A stretch of DNA of 64,000 nt from Alphaproteobacteria bacterium (lineage in GTDB: Bacteria; Pseudomonadota; Alphaproteobacteria; RF32; CAG-239), in assembly GCA_017457005.1 (NCBI GenBank), contig JAFTII010000020.1, positions 117-64,116 on the forward strand, written 5' to 3'. The position numbers were made by a program, and so were the translations under genes. The notes beneath the pieces are model-generated. The model was not told where the DNA came from, ran no database searches, and saw only the letters and a list, made by a program, of their open reading frames with translations. Shown one piece after another: positions 16,706 to 27,381 of the stretch (positions are counted from its first letter, which is position 1; each line of letters opens with the position of its first letter).

Positions 16706-18833
16706 ATCTGGAAACATAAGAAACAACTTTTGATGCCTTAAGAGCAGCAATAATTTCCGTAAGGTGCTTCAGATCCTTTACTTCAACATCCAATAATAAC
16801 TCAAAATAACTTATAGTACGGTTGACTATATTCAAATTACTGATGTTGCCGTTATTACGAGCAATCAAATTGGATAAATCCGCTAATGCTCCAGGTTCAT
16901 TACTCAGCATCAACTTTATCCTACCGGTATGAACCCCATCTTCAGCGGCATCTCCCCAAGAAATATCAAGCCAACGTTCAGGCTCATCGGCAAACTTTTC
17001 AAGCAGTTTACAATCTATAGTATGAACAGCAACTCCTTTACCGGTGGTAACAATCCCGACGATACGATCTCCGGGAAGCGGATGGCAACAGCCGGCAAAA
17101 TGAACCGCCATTCCGGGTATGAGACCTTTTATTTTTAGCGGCTCACCTTTGCTTTTATCTTTGCGAACGCTCTTACCGATAAAAGATTTAACAACCTTAC
17201 CTATTTTAGATTGTTTATATGCAGGATAAACTGCTTTAAGGACATCCCAGGCACTGATTAATCCTTCTCCTACTTTAGCATATATATCATCTATTGATTC
17301 TGCTTCAAAATTGGGTAAAACATTTACAATGCCTTTTTCTGAAAACTCTAAATTTTCACCCTTAAATGTTCTTTCCAACAATTGTTCGCCTAAGGTTATA
17401 AACTGATCTCTCTTATGCGCTCTGACATAACGTCTGATTGCAGCTTTGGCTTTTCCGGTAACAACGAATCTGTCCCATTCCGGAGACGGATGTTGGGCTT
17501 TTGATGTTAATATCTCAACCTGATCACCATTTTGCAAAACTGTGCGCAGAGGTCTTATCTCGCCGTTTATTTTTGCACCAACACAAGTGTCTCCTACTGA
17601 CGAATGCACCGCATAAGCAAAATCTACCGGTGTAGAATTTACCGGAAGCCCGATAAGATCTCCTTTAGGAGTAAAACAGAACACCTGATCATTATACATT
17701 TCAAGTTTGGTGTTTTCTAAAAATTCTTCAGGATTTGAGGCTTGCTCTAAAATTTCCAATAATTCTCTTATCCAGCGGAAGTTCTTTCCTACAACTTTTT
17801 CGCCTTGCTTATAAGCCCAATGTGCAGCAACACCCTTTTCGTTTACCTCGTGCATTTCATGGGTGCGGATTTGGATTTCAATGCGAGTATTATTAGGACC
17901 GATTACGCCGGTATGAATGGACTTATAGCCGTTGGGCTTGGGAGTGGAAATATAATCCTTAAATCGGCGGGGAACCATGTGATATTTACTATGAACAATA
18001 CCTAAAGACTGATAACAAGAGGCAACATCATCAACAATAATTCTAAATGCTATAATATCTGAAAGTTGCTCAAATGAGGCATTCTTTTGTTGCATTTTTC
18101 GCCATATTGAATAAGGAGACTTTTCTCTTCCGGAAACTTCTGCTTTAATACCGTTTTCCTTCATATCCTTTTGTAGGCGAGAAATAATTTTAGGAACAAC
18201 ATCACTGCCTTGTTCACGTAAAAAATTTAATCTGGCTTGTATTGATTCATAAGCTTCTTTATGTAATTCTCTAAATGCAATTTCCTCTAATTCTGTTTTG
18301 ACTTCCTGCATACCGATACGTTCTGCTAAAGGTGCGTATATATCTAACGTTTCTTTGGCTATACGAGCGCGTTTATCGGCAGCACAATAATGAAGAGTAC
18401 GCATATTGTGAAGTCTGTCGGCCAGTTTAATGAGAAGCACTCTAATGTCTTCTGACATTGCAAGCAAAAGTTTGCGGAAATTCTCTGCCTGTTTATTATT
18501 GGCTGACTTTTGTTCTATCATTGCCAATTTGGTTAAGCCATCTACTATTTGGGCAACCTGCTCACCAAAAAGTTTGCGAATTTCTTCAACGGAAGTATTG
18601 GTATCCTCAACGGTATCATGAAGCAATCCGGCTATAATTGACGTAGAATCAAGCTTAAAACGAGTCAAAATACCGGCAACCTCAACCGGATGTGAATAAT
18701 ACGGATCGCCGGAAGTACGAAGTTGCGCCCCGTGTTTTTTCATTGCAAAAACATAGGCACGATTTAAGGCATCTTCATCAGCATTAGGATCATAAGATTT
18801 TACGATATCTACAAGTTCATATTGTCTAAGCAT
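16695..18833 (-). CDS. spoT: bifunctional (p)ppGpp synthetase/hydrolase (RSH)
   Basis: HD domain (HPVEVA..LHDTVEDT), synthetase block (YKSIHT), and TGS and ACT-like C-terminal regions. 712 aa. Confidence 0.95.
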   Translation of the reverse strand: MLRQYELVDIVKSYDPNADEDALNRAYVFAMKKHGAQLRTSGDPYYSHPVEVAGILTRFKLDSTSIIAGLLHDTVEDTNTSVEEIRKLFGEQVAQIVDGLTKLAMIEQKSANNKQAENFRKLLLAMSEDIRVLLIKLADRLHNMRTLHYCAADKRARIAKETLDIYAPLAERIGMQEVKTELEEIAFRELHKEAYESIQARLNFLREQGSDVVPKIISRLQKDMKENGIKAEVSGREKSPYSIWRKMQQKNASFEQLSDIIAFRIIVDDVASCYQSLGIVHSKYHMVPRRFKDYISTPKPNGYKSIHTGVIGPNNTRIEIQIRTHEMHEVNEKGVAAHWAYKQGEKVVGKNFRWIRELLEILEQASNPEEFLENTKLEMYNDQVFCFTPKGDLIGLPVNSTPVDFAYAVHSSVGDTCVGAKINGEIRPLRTVLQNGDQVEILTSKAQHPSPEWDRFVVTGKAKAAIRRYVRAHKRDQFITLGEQLLERTFKGENLEFSEKGIVNVLPNFEAESIDDIYAKVGEGLISAWDVLKAVYPAYKQSKIGKVVKSFIGKSVRKDKSKGEPLKIKGLIPGMAVHFAGCCHPLPGDRIVGIVTTGKGVAVHTIDCKLLEKFADEPERWLDISWGDAAEDGVHTGRIKLMLSNEPGALADLSNLIARNNGNISNLNIVNRTISYFELLLDVEVKDLKHLTEIIAALKASKVVSYVSRSMQ

Positions 18834-18929
18834 TGTACGTCTGCCATATTTAAAATATAAATTACAACTTATTTTAAGTTATAACACCCGATTAATTAAT
18901 TTAGTCTAAATATGAGAACAAAAAAATGC

Positions 18930-18966
18930 AACAAAAAAGGCGTAAATCTTTTTGATCTACGCCTTT
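18930..18966 (-). terminator. intrinsic terminator after the YhcH-like gene
   Basis: Stem aaaggcgta/tacgccttt with a minus-strand T-run. Confidence 0.55.
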
Positions 18967-18970
18967 AAAG

Positions 18971-19429
18971 TCACTTTTTGAAAGGAATATAAATACTCAC
19001 TTTCTTAACCTCTGAAACTGAAGTTGTAGGGATGTTAATCGGAGCTTTGTAAGCTTGTGTAGGGTAAACAACACAAAACTCATCTTTAGTTAAAACTAAA
19101 GCCTCTTCTCTAACTTCTCCACTCAGAAACTTTACACTTTCATCAAAGTTGGACGGAACAATCTTAAAACACTTGTCAGAAGCCGATGCCAAACACATCA
19201 TCTCCTGACCTTCAAAAACAACCTCTACCATAAAATACTTTTCATGATTGTAAAAAAATACAGATTGTTTATCGGTTGTAATAGTGTGAACAGAAATTGC
19301 ATACGCACCATTTGGCAGTTGAATATAGCCGGTTTTGAAGCTATTTTTCAACTCATTTACAAGCTCAATCATTTCAGGGGTGATGATTGGAACTTTACTT
19401 AACTCTGAGATATGTCTTACTTCTTCCAT
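18971..19429 (-). CDS. YhcH/YjgK/YiaL (DUF386)-like protein
   Basis: 152 aa. NHEKYFMVEVVFEGQE resembles the H.kyiD.q....G.E signature. Weak call made by eye. Confidence 0.5.
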   Translation of the reverse strand: MEEVRHISELSKVPIITPEMIELVNELKNSFKTGYIQLPNGAYAISVHTITTDKQSVFFYNHEKYFMVEVVFEGQEMMCLASASDKCFKIVPSNFDESVKFLSGEVREEALVLTKDEFCVVYPTQAYKAPINIPTTSVSEVKKVSIYIPFKK

Positions 19430-19501
19430 AATATAATAATGTTTAATATTAATAATTCAATTTTGCTTGTTTTTTTACAATAAGCAGCAGGTAATGTCAA
19501 T

Positions 19502-19533
19502 AAAAAACCTCCCAGTTCGGAAACTCGGAGGTT
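19502..19533 (-). terminator. intrinsic terminator after rpoZ
   Basis: Stem aacctcc/ggaggtt with a minus-strand T-run. Confidence 0.6.
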
Positions 19534-19554
19534 TATGTTTGGAAAGATCAGAGA

Positions 19555-20034
19555 TTATTCATCAAAGTCATCGCCCATATCAAAGGCATCATCTCCGCCC
19601 ATGTCATCGCCGAAATCAGCATCTACATCATCGTCTATACCTTCTTCGGAATCCATATCCAAGTCCATATCATCATCTCCGCCATGGATTTGCATATTAT
19701 CTTCCAATTCCATCTGTGGCAAAATGCCGGAAAACTGCTCATCAAGTTCTGATAATTCTTTTTCAGCAGCCAAAATTTCCAATTCTTCTTCTTCAGGTTC
19801 TTCAACCTCAACATATTTTTGCAAACCGATAACCAGTGAATGTTGCAAATCCTCAATGCTTACTTTCTCCTCTGCTATTTCTCGTAATGCAACAACAGAG
19901 TTTTTATCATTATCACGAGGAAGAGTAAGCGGAGCTCCGGAAGAAATATCTCTTGCTCTTTGAGCTGCCACCATTAACAACTCATAGCGGTTAGGAATTT
20001 TATCAATACAATCTTCTACTGTTACACGAGCCAT
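19555..20034 (-). CDS. rpoZ: RNA polymerase omega subunit with a long acidic C-terminal extension
   Basis: [30 protein letters not shown] matches the omega N-terminus. Start set at that Met. The tail is D/E-rich. Confidence 0.9.
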   Translation of the reverse strand: MARVTVEDCIDKIPNRYELLMVAAQRARDISSGAPLTLPRDNDKNSVVALREIAEEKVSIEDLQHSLVIGLQKYVEVEEPEEEELEILAAEKELSELDEQFSGILPQMELEDNMQIHGGDDDMDLDMDSEEGIDDDVDADFGDDMGGDDAFDMGDDFDE

Positions 20035-20149
20035 TGTTTTCACCTTATTAAATGTTAAGTTAATTTTTTAATTGATATACTACATCCAAATTAAAAAAAG
20101 CAAGAAAAAAATTAAAAAATACTGCAAAATCAATCAAATAAAACAATAA

Positions 20150-21412
20150 TTATTCGATTCTCATTGTTATACCCGCGATTCTGTAACCTGTCTGTTTAAG
20201 CATACTCTCCAATAGCGGACGTTTCTTACGAACCTCCATAACATCGGATAAAGGTGCTTGATATGCGGTAATCAGCGCTTGAATGGTAGAATATCTTTGC
20301 CCTTGCCCAAGAATAGGGAATTTTTCTATTTCCGCATCAAACAAGCCTTGCTTGTACATTCGCAATGCCTGCATTAAAGATGTACTAATGCGAGATAGGC
20401 GATAAGCCTTAATGCTTTTATCGCATGTATATGCCCATTCGTTAAGTGTAAAACCTTGCTTGGCAACCAACAATCCAAACTCACGTTCTTTGCCGATCAG
20501 GCGTACCTTTTGAACTAGTCTGGCACAAGGGTTTGCAATCTCTCGCATTGCAGCCAAAACATCCGGTGTTTGAGCATACTCGTAATTAAATAACAAAACA
20601 CTGACTCTGGTTAGCTTAAACTCATTATCACCACTTTGATACCAATTTTCTATAGCCGGAAGAGTATGAGCAAATGCTTCAACATCAGCTGCGGTTAAAA
20701 GCGTATCGCTATCAGGATCAATCGTACGCATATCACTACGTCCTAAACGTTTTTTATCAGCATTGGGCATAAAATCCTCCGGTGGGACAAGTTTTTTTAG
20801 TGCTGCAAAAAACTCAGGATCATACTTTACTTTAGGATAATATGGTGTCATCTGAGGAATTTCTATGGCATTCTCATTATCAGGCCACATCTCAGGCATT
20901 AAAAGTAAATAAAATGTCGGTGATAAAAACTCTAAATTCTCAACATCTTTCAATTGAGGAGCAATGCGCTTAGGAAACTGATTCTTGGTTTCTTTAATTC
21001 CGGGTAAGTTCAGTACCTTTTCAGACATATTGGGAACCTCAAACAACATCGGTCCAATGTAAGGATACATACTTTTCGGAATAACAGCCAGATATTCCAA
21101 TATCATATCCTCTTCCTCCCACTTGAGACGTTTTTCATTAATCCCATAGGTGGCTATCCGAGCATAAAAATCCGTATCAAAATCTCCCAACAACTCCCAT
21201 ACGGAATGATACTTCGGATTATAATAACGGCTCTCTCGGTTAAAATAAGACTCTAATTCTTCCATCGTAGGCATGGTATCTTCTTCAAGATTTATACGAA
21301 ATGTATCTTGATAATCCGACAAGGTTTTAGCTTGTAGCAAAGAAGGCACCAAAAAAACAACATATAAAAGTTTCAAAAGAATTTGACGCACCGAAAACAT
21401 TTTCAATCTCAA
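20150..21412 (-). CDS. secreted hypothetical protein (about 416-420 aa)
   Basis: N-terminal signal-like segment LLKLLYVVFLVPSLLQA. No recognisable domain. Confidence 0.6.
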   Translation of the reverse strand: MRLKMFSVRQILLKLLYVVFLVPSLLQAKTLSDYQDTFRINLEEDTMPTMEELESYFNRESRYYNPKYHSVWELLGDFDTDFYARIATYGINEKRLKWEEEDMILEYLAVIPKSMYPYIGPMLFEVPNMSEKVLNLPGIKETKNQFPKRIAPQLKDVENLEFLSPTFYLLLMPEMWPDNENAIEIPQMTPYYPKVKYDPEFFAALKKLVPPEDFMPNADKKRLGRSDMRTIDPDSDTLLTAADVEAFAHTLPAIENWYQSGDNEFKLTRVSVLLFNYEYAQTPDVLAAMREIANPCARLVQKVRLIGKEREFGLLVAKQGFTLNEWAYTCDKSIKAYRLSRISTSLMQALRMYKQGLFDAEIEKFPILGQGQRYSTIQALITAYQAPLSDVMEVRKKRPLLESMLKQTGYRIAGITMRIE

Positions 21413-21557
21413 ACAGGGGTTAATTTTTAATCCTTTACTTGAAATATAACTTAAAAAAACTGAAAAAAAAATAAATAATTTAAAAATAAACTAGACTCGG
21501 GAAAAATATTAGCTTAATATCAGAAATAATTAAGCTACAGGCAAAAGGAGATATATT

Positions 21558-22097
21558 ATGGCTTGGACCGATGAAATGATTGAACAACTCAAAAAAATGT
21601 GGGACGAAGGACTTACTACCGGAGAAATCGGAAGAAGACTTAATGTCTCAAAAAACTCAATTGTCGGAAAAGTTCACAGACTTGGTTTGTCCGGACGCCC
21701 TTCCCCAATTAAAAAGAAAAATCCCGATGCTCCGCAGGCACCCAAGCAAAAAGCTGAAAAACCGACACCGGCAAAAGCTCCTTTGACTAAAGAACCTAAG
21801 CAAGAAAAAAAAGTTCAACCGGTTCAAACAACAAAGCCTGCTCCCGTAAAAACTCCGGACATTATATCCGAAAAAGAAGTTGAAGAAAAATTTGTTCCGA
21901 TAATCAGAGAAGAAAAAGCCCCTTCAAAAGCCGGACAAAATGTATCTTTAGTGGAACTGGATAACCATACCTGTCGTTGGCCGATCGGCGACCCGAAAGA
22001 TGAAAACTTCCATTTCTGCGGAAATAAAGTTCGGGTAGGACAAACCTATTGCGATGAACATGCGGCAATTGCGTATGTTAAACCTACTAAAAAATAA
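21558..22097 (+). CDS. gcrA: cell-cycle regulator GcrA
   Basis: MAWTDE..EQLKKMWDEGLTTGEIGRRL.VSKN.IVGKVHRLGLSGR, a Pro/Lys-rich linker, and C-terminal CRWPIGDP....FHFCG......YCDEH. Confidence 0.9.
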   Translation: MAWTDEMIEQLKKMWDEGLTTGEIGRRLNVSKNSIVGKVHRLGLSGRPSPIKKKNPDAPQAPKQKAEKPTPAKAPLTKEPKQEKKVQPVQTTKPAPVKTPDIISEKEVEEKFVPIIREEKAPSKAGQNVSLVELDNHTCRWPIGDPKDENFHFCGNKVRVGQTYCDEHAAIAYVKPTKK

Positions 22098-22100
22098 GAT

Positions 22101-23786
22101 TTAATTATCGTTTCTTTTATAATAATGAAAGAAAACAACAGGTTTTATGTCTGTTGCATTAAATATTTTTTTGCGGATTTTGGCACTAAGGTGTTCTTTT
22201 ATAAGAGGTTCACGATAATCATGTTTAATTAAAAGTTCGGAAATTTCATCTTTTATTTCACTGATAATATTGTCTCTTAATTCTGCAAAAGCTTGTTCCT
22301 CCAATATATCTATAGACGATATTTGCAAATCTTCCAGTGTCCAATTTGCAGCAAATACAACACTTATAAATAAGCTGCAATTATAAGCGATACGTTTGCG
22401 ATTCTTGACTAATTGTGAGGATAAATTTGTTAGCTGTTTCCGGTCAACACCCAATAATCCGGTAGGGATTACACTGCTTATGTCGGCATTATTACCGTCA
22501 ATATATACGACTTCTCCGTTGCGAGCAATCAGAACTTGTTCTACGCCATATTCCATAGCTAATTTTTTTTGCTTACGAATATTACGCTTATCTCCATGAA
22601 CCGGTAATACTATACGAGGAGATAGCAGATTATACATTTCTTTAATTTGTTTAGGATTAGCATGTCCCGAAGCATGAACCAAATAATCTTCCGCAGAAAT
22701 AACTTCAACTCCGGCATCGCGTAATTTTTCTTGCATACGTTCTATTTTATCTTCATTTCCGGGAATTATTTTAGATGAAAATATAATAGCATCTCCCTCT
22801 CCTAAACCAATATCTTTATTTTCTCCGTTTACGATCCTGGTTAAAGCGCTACGATAATTTCCTTGTGATCCGGCACATATATACAAAATCTTATCCAACG
22901 GTATCTCTGTTGCATCTTTAGCCTCCACATAATTAGGGCAATTTTTAAGATATCCGCATTCCTTTGCTATCTCAAGATTTTGTATCAGGCTCATTCCGGC
23001 AATAACAGGGGTTCTTCCCGCTGCCTCTGCCGCCATTAATAAACTTTCCATTCGCATGATATTTGAAGCAAAACATGTCGCCACTAAAGTATTGGAAAAT
23101 TGCGGTACTAATTTAATTAAGCTTTCTCTTACTTCTCGCTCTGTAGGTTCGTCACTGCTGATTGACATATTGGTTGAATCTCCGACATACAACATTACCC
23201 CTTCTTGAGCAATTTTTTGCAGTAATCGGGTATCTGTTGAATTAATAGCAAGACCTCCGTCATCAAAACGCCAATCTGTAGCATGAATTATATTTCCGTA
23301 TGCCGTACGGATTATCAAGCCTGATGTTTGAGGAGTAGAATGAACCAATGATAAGAATTCAACTTCAAAATTTTTGAGTTTAATCTTATCTTGTGGTTTT
23401 ACGATATTGATTTGTACTAAATTATCAAGTTTGTATTCAGCCAAACGGCGAGAAACATGTCCGGCAGTAAATTCTGTAGCATATATAGGACACTGAAGTT
23501 GAGGCCAAATATGAGCAACAGCACCAAAATGATCTTCATGAGCGTGGGTAATAAACAGTCCTTCTATTTTGTCTTGATAGTTTTCCAGAAAAGAGGCATC
23601 CGCAAACCCTAATTCCATCCCCGGATAATCATCATTAAGAAAGCCATATCCGCAATCTACAACTATAATCTTTCCGTTTACAATATAGGCATACATATTG
23701 TAGCCTACTTCTTCCGCTCCGCCTAACGCTACAAAATAGATTCCGTCTTTATTAAAATCTGCAATTACCTCTAAATCTTTTTCCAT
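22101..23786 (-). CDS. rnj: ribonuclease J (metallo-beta-lactamase/beta-CASP)
   Basis: HAHEDHFGA (HxHxDH), 561 aa, beta-CASP-like middle region, ASGHA. Confidence 0.9.
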   Translation of the reverse strand: MEKDLEVIADFNKDGIYFVALGGAEEVGYNMYAYIVNGKIIVVDCGYGFLNDDYPGMELGFADASFLENYQDKIEGLFITHAHEDHFGAVAHIWPQLQCPIYATEFTAGHVSRRLAEYKLDNLVQINIVKPQDKIKLKNFEVEFLSLVHSTPQTSGLIIRTAYGNIIHATDWRFDDGGLAINSTDTRLLQKIAQEGVMLYVGDSTNMSISSDEPTEREVRESLIKLVPQFSNTLVATCFASNIMRMESLLMAAEAAGRTPVIAGMSLIQNLEIAKECGYLKNCPNYVEAKDATEIPLDKILYICAGSQGNYRSALTRIVNGENKDIGLGEGDAIIFSSKIIPGNEDKIERMQEKLRDAGVEVISAEDYLVHASGHANPKQIKEMYNLLSPRIVLPVHGDKRNIRKQKKLAMEYGVEQVLIARNGEVVYIDGNNADISSVIPTGLLGVDRKQLTNLSSQLVKNRKRIAYNCSLFISVVFAANWTLEDLQISSIDILEEQAFAELRDNIISEIKDEISELLIKHDYREPLIKEHLSAKIRKKIFNATDIKPVVFFHYYKRNDN

Positions 23787-23798
23787 TACTTATTCTTT

Positions 23799-24521
23799 CT
23801 ATTTATAAAAAACATCACCGGCATAAATCTTATGTTTGACATTTTCATACTCTAATATCAAAGCTCCGTCATCAGCTAAACCGATGAATTTTCCTTCATA
23901 TATATGCTTCTCACATTTAACAATAATTTGTTGTCCTAAACCATGTGCATGGGCTAACCATTGTTGTATAATAATTTCAGGCTTGGCAGTATAAAAAATA
24001 TCCAAGTATTTATTCAAAAAGCTAATGTAACTTCTTAAAAATAATTTACAGTCAATTGTTGCACCGCAATCTGCCAAACTTGTAGTCGGATATAATATAT
24101 CTTCGCTAATTTCCGGCGATGTAACCAAATTAACCCCCAACCCGGCTATTATATAATCATTGTCGCCTTTTTCAAGCAAAATACCGGCAAGCTTGCTTCC
24201 TTTGAGCAAAACATCATTGGGCCATTTTAAGCTTATTTCTTCATTCGGCAAAATAGCTCGGACACAATCTGATAATGATAAAGACAAAATAAAAGGTAAA
24301 AAATTCAACAAACCATTATCATTTTTTAGGGCAAATGTTGCAAACAAATTGCCTTTTTGACTACACCAAGTCCTTCCTCTGCGTCCTCTGCCGTGAGTTT
24401 GAGTTTCTGCAGTAATAACATATCTTTTTGCCGGAGGGACAGAACTTAACTCCAAGCATACATCATTGGTGCTGCTTACAACAGGAAAATCTTTCCACCA
24501 CCATCCCAAAATATCCATCAT
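23799..24521 (-). CDS. birA: biotin--[acetyl-CoA-carboxylase] ligase
   Basis: GRGRRGRTW motif, KWPNDVLL, no N-terminal HTH (class I). The start overlaps the stop of the nuoN-like gene. Confidence 0.85.
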   Translation of the reverse strand: MMDILGWWWKDFPVVSSTNDVCLELSSVPPAKRYVITAETQTHGRGRRGRTWCSQKGNLFATFALKNDNGLLNFLPFILSLSLSDCVRAILPNEEISLKWPNDVLLKGSKLAGILLEKGDNDYIIAGLGVNLVTSPEISEDILYPTTSLADCGATIDCKLFLRSYISFLNKYLDIFYTAKPEIIIQQWLAHAHGLGQQIIVKCEKHIYEGKFIGLADDGALILEYENVKHKIYAGDVFYK

Positions 24522-25939
24522 AATCCTCCACTCAAAATATTTTCTGCATATTTCAGCATATAAGAAGGATTGAGAATGATTATCATTGCCAATAACAAAT
24601 TAACAAACAGGCAAATATAAATAGCTTTATCTGTTCTATCAAAATGAATCATACTCGGCTTAAAGTATATTTTACGAATTATTTGAATAAACGTGTTAGC
24701 TATTATGACTAATGCACAAAGTAATAAAACAGCATCAAGCCATCGTTCTTCCAATACTAAAGTATCCGTTAAGGAAAGTCTTCCCCAAAATCCTAACATT
24801 GGAGGAACTCCGATTATTGATATGATGAACACGGCAAAGGCTGCTGATAAGTAAGGACGTGTATCAGACATTCCGGTAATATCAGATATATCACTGAGGT
24901 AATCTCCTTTACTCTTCAGGCCTAAAAATACGGTATATATACCGGTCATTGCCATAACATAAATGATGGTATAAACAAAACTGCTAACAATGGCACCGGA
25001 CTTAAAGCTCAACACGCCCAATAACATAAAACCTAAATTATATATGGTACTAAACGCAAACAAGCGACGAATATTATTTTCTTCGTTGGTTGAGAGACTG
25101 CCGATGAACAGTGATAATATCGCCACAGTATGTAATAACGGCATTAAATTATGATATAAAGGCAAGAAAGTGCCATTTGTCAGAAAAATAAGAGCCGAAA
25201 GATATGCTAGAGGAGGAATTATACTCAAAAATCCGCACACAGGTAAAATGCTTAAACTCAACGTATCTACGAACCATAAGTGAAAAGGTGCGGCTGACAT
25301 CATAAATAACAATACCATCGTTATTAAAACTGCTGATGTGTAAACCTCAGGTGCAATTACGGCTTGTGATTGCAACCAGTTTTTGATTGTGATGGCAGAA
25401 AAGCTTCCGGCGTAATATCTTAAACACAAAACACCTAAATACAGACATAAAATAAACAACATTGAAAAATATAAGTAGTTTCGTGCAACATGGCTTACTC
25501 GTTCTTCATCCCAGTGCTGAAGAATTAATTTATAAGTTAAACAGCATAATAAAGGAATACAAAACAATAGTACTTTGAGGTTTTGAGCAGAAATTAAAAT
25601 GCCGAAAAGAAACACCATTAACATGGCTATTGAATAGTAATTGTATGAAGTACGATTTTTATTCAAAAACCATTTTGATGATAAATAAAACCATACCAAC
25701 GCCGTAGCATAAAGTAACAGCTTAAACATCGTAGAATATTGGTTATTCAACAACAAATCCGGCACCACACTTTGATTATAAAAAATCAACGTGAAAAATA
25801 TTGATGACAATAAGGAAAACTTACTCAGAGTAAAAAAAGTTTTAGAGGTTTTACTGCTACGGTAGCGGTTTACCAAAAATGATATCGGGAAAAAACTTAA
25901 AAGAGATATCTCCGGTAATAAAATAAGCCAATTTTGCAC
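24518..25939 (-). CDS. NuoN-like antiporter-type membrane subunit (divergent)
   Basis: About 14 TM helices. AAPFHLWFVD, RRLFAFSTIYNLGF and GVPPMLGFWGR are colinear with the NuoN blocks, but conserved Glu/Lys positions are substituted. Confidence 0.7.
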   Translation of the reverse strand: MQNWLILLPEISLLSFFPISFLVNRYRSSKTSKTFFTLSKFSLLSSIFFTLIFYNQSVVPDLLLNNQYSTMFKLLLYATALVWFYLSSKWFLNKNRTSYNYYSIAMLMVFLFGILISAQNLKVLLFCIPLLCCLTYKLILQHWDEERVSHVARNYLYFSMLFILCLYLGVLCLRYYAGSFSAITIKNWLQSQAVIAPEVYTSAVLITMVLLFMMSAAPFHLWFVDTLSLSILPVCGFLSIIPPLAYLSALIFLTNGTFLPLYHNLMPLLHTVAILSLFIGSLSTNEENNIRRLFAFSTIYNLGFMLLGVLSFKSGAIVSSFVYTIIYVMAMTGIYTVFLGLKSKGDYLSDISDITGMSDTRPYLSAAFAVFIISIIGVPPMLGFWGRLSLTDTLVLEERWLDAVLLLCALVIIANTFIQIIRKIYFKPSMIHFDRTDKAIYICLFVNLLLAMIIILNPSYMLKYAENILSGGL

Positions 25940-25950
25940 TACACCCTCTC

Positions 25951-27381
25951 CTATTCATTAATTACAAACCATAGCGGTTTAATAAATGACATCAGCAGCA
26001 TAAAAATAACAAACAACATCAAAAAAAACATTGACCAAGGTATATCATCTGTTTTGCTTATTTTACAAACACTGTCTTCTCTTTTCAGGTGTGATAGTTC
26101 TTGAAGCAAGCTTATTCCGACAACAAATAATGAAAACACCAATAACATACCTATATGAATGTTTGTTCCTAATAATTTAGAAAGGATAAGAAAGTTATTT
26201 ACAAAGATGGCCGAAAAAGGCAACCCGATGGCAGCAATGACCAAAAAAGAATATACAAAAGAAAGCTTCTTTGTTCGGCATAAGAATCCTTGCGACACGG
26301 TTTCATATTCTTGTTCCTTGTGATATATATAAGAAGAAAGGACCTCTAATGCAGAAACAATCATTATAAAACTGAATAAAGAATAACCTATATTTAATAA
26401 AACAACTTTTTGATTGCTAAAAATACCCAGCAAATACATTATATAATATACTGTAATATAAGAAAAAATTTTATATTGAAAATCTTTGTTGATAAAACCA
26501 ATCAAAGAAATAAACAACATTGTTACCACCCCAATAATATTCATCCATACCAAATAAATATCTATATCGGCAGAAAAGGCAGTCGGCAGGAATCTGATAA
26601 AACCGTAAATTGAAGTTAAAGGCAACAAAGAAGTAATAATAAAAGCTAACGGATTGCGGATACTTGAGTTAATGGAAGATATCCAATAATGAAACGGCCA
26701 TATCGGGATACGAGAAATAAATGATAAGAATATGATTCCCCAAATAAAGTTACGCATAGCTCCTTTTAACGGGAGGTTTCCTACTTTAGTCAGACTTATA
26801 CTGCCATAATAATGATATATCAGCATTATGGCACTAAATAAGAGCAAAGCTCCTAAAAAATTATATAAAAAGAATCTGTATATTAATTCTTGTTTTTTTA
26901 CTTCTCCAAACATTCCTATAATCATAAATAGAGGAAACAACATTGCCTCAAAAAAGATGTAAAAAGAAAAAATATCGGCAGAAACAAAAAAACCGGTACT
27001 CATACTAAGAAATAACAGAGTAAAAACCATTAGTGATTTTTGTTTAAAACTATTTCTCCAAACTCCAAATACTCCGATTAAGACGGCAAGATGAATACTA
27101 AGAATCAGTAATAAAGAAAAAGTATCTATAGCAAAAATGATGTTGATATCCGGAGTAGATAGCCAATTAAATGTTTCTTGCAGTTGCAGAGAATGGCTTT
27201 TTTCATTCATTATCATAAATATACGCCAGATAAGCGTAATATTTACCAAAATTGTAAACACACACACATTAAAGGCATTGCGACCTTGTATTTCTTTAGA
27301 ATCTTTGGCCGTAAACACAAATAACATTCCTAAAAACGGCAAAGCAACAATTAATGAAAGTATGGCAAAAGAATTACTCAT
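25951..27381 (-). CDS. NuoM-like antiporter-type membrane subunit (divergent)
   Basis: FYIFFEAMLFPLFMIIGMFG and ISRIPIWPFHYWISS are colinear with NuoM WEMMLVPMYFLI and FAVKMPVVPLHGWLPDAH. Confidence 0.75.
   Translation of the reverse strand: MSNSFAILSLIVALPFLGMLFVFTAKDSKEIQGRNAFNVCVFTILVNITLIWRIFMIMNEKSHSLQLQETFNWLSTPDINIIFAIDTFSLLLILSIHLAVLIGVFGVWRNSFKQKSLMVFTLLFLSMSTGFFVSADIFSFYIFFEAMLFPLFMIIGMFGEVKKQELIYRFFLYNFLGALLLFSAIMLIYHYYGSISLTKVGNLPLKGAMRNFIWGIIFLSFISRIPIWPFHYWISSINSSIRNPLAFIITSLLPLTSIYGFIRFLPTAFSADIDIYLVWMNIIGVVTMLFISLIGFINKDFQYKIFSYITVYYIMYLLGIFSNQKVVLLNIGYSLFSFIMIVSALEVLSSYIYHKEQEYETVSQGFLCRTKKLSFVYSFLVIAAIGLPFSAIFVNNFLILSKLLGTNIHIGMLLVFSLFVVGISLLQELSHLKREDSVCKISKTDDIPWSMFFLMLFVIFMLLMSFIKPLWFVINE

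Noticed and set aside
19467-19963. Plus-strand ORFs 19467-19832 and 19535-19963, and minus-strand ORF 19635-19856, overlapping rpoZ
   Set aside because: They are antisense or alternate-frame readings of the repetitive acidic-tail codons (Ser/Pro/His-rich nonsense). rpoZ is unambiguous on the minus strand.
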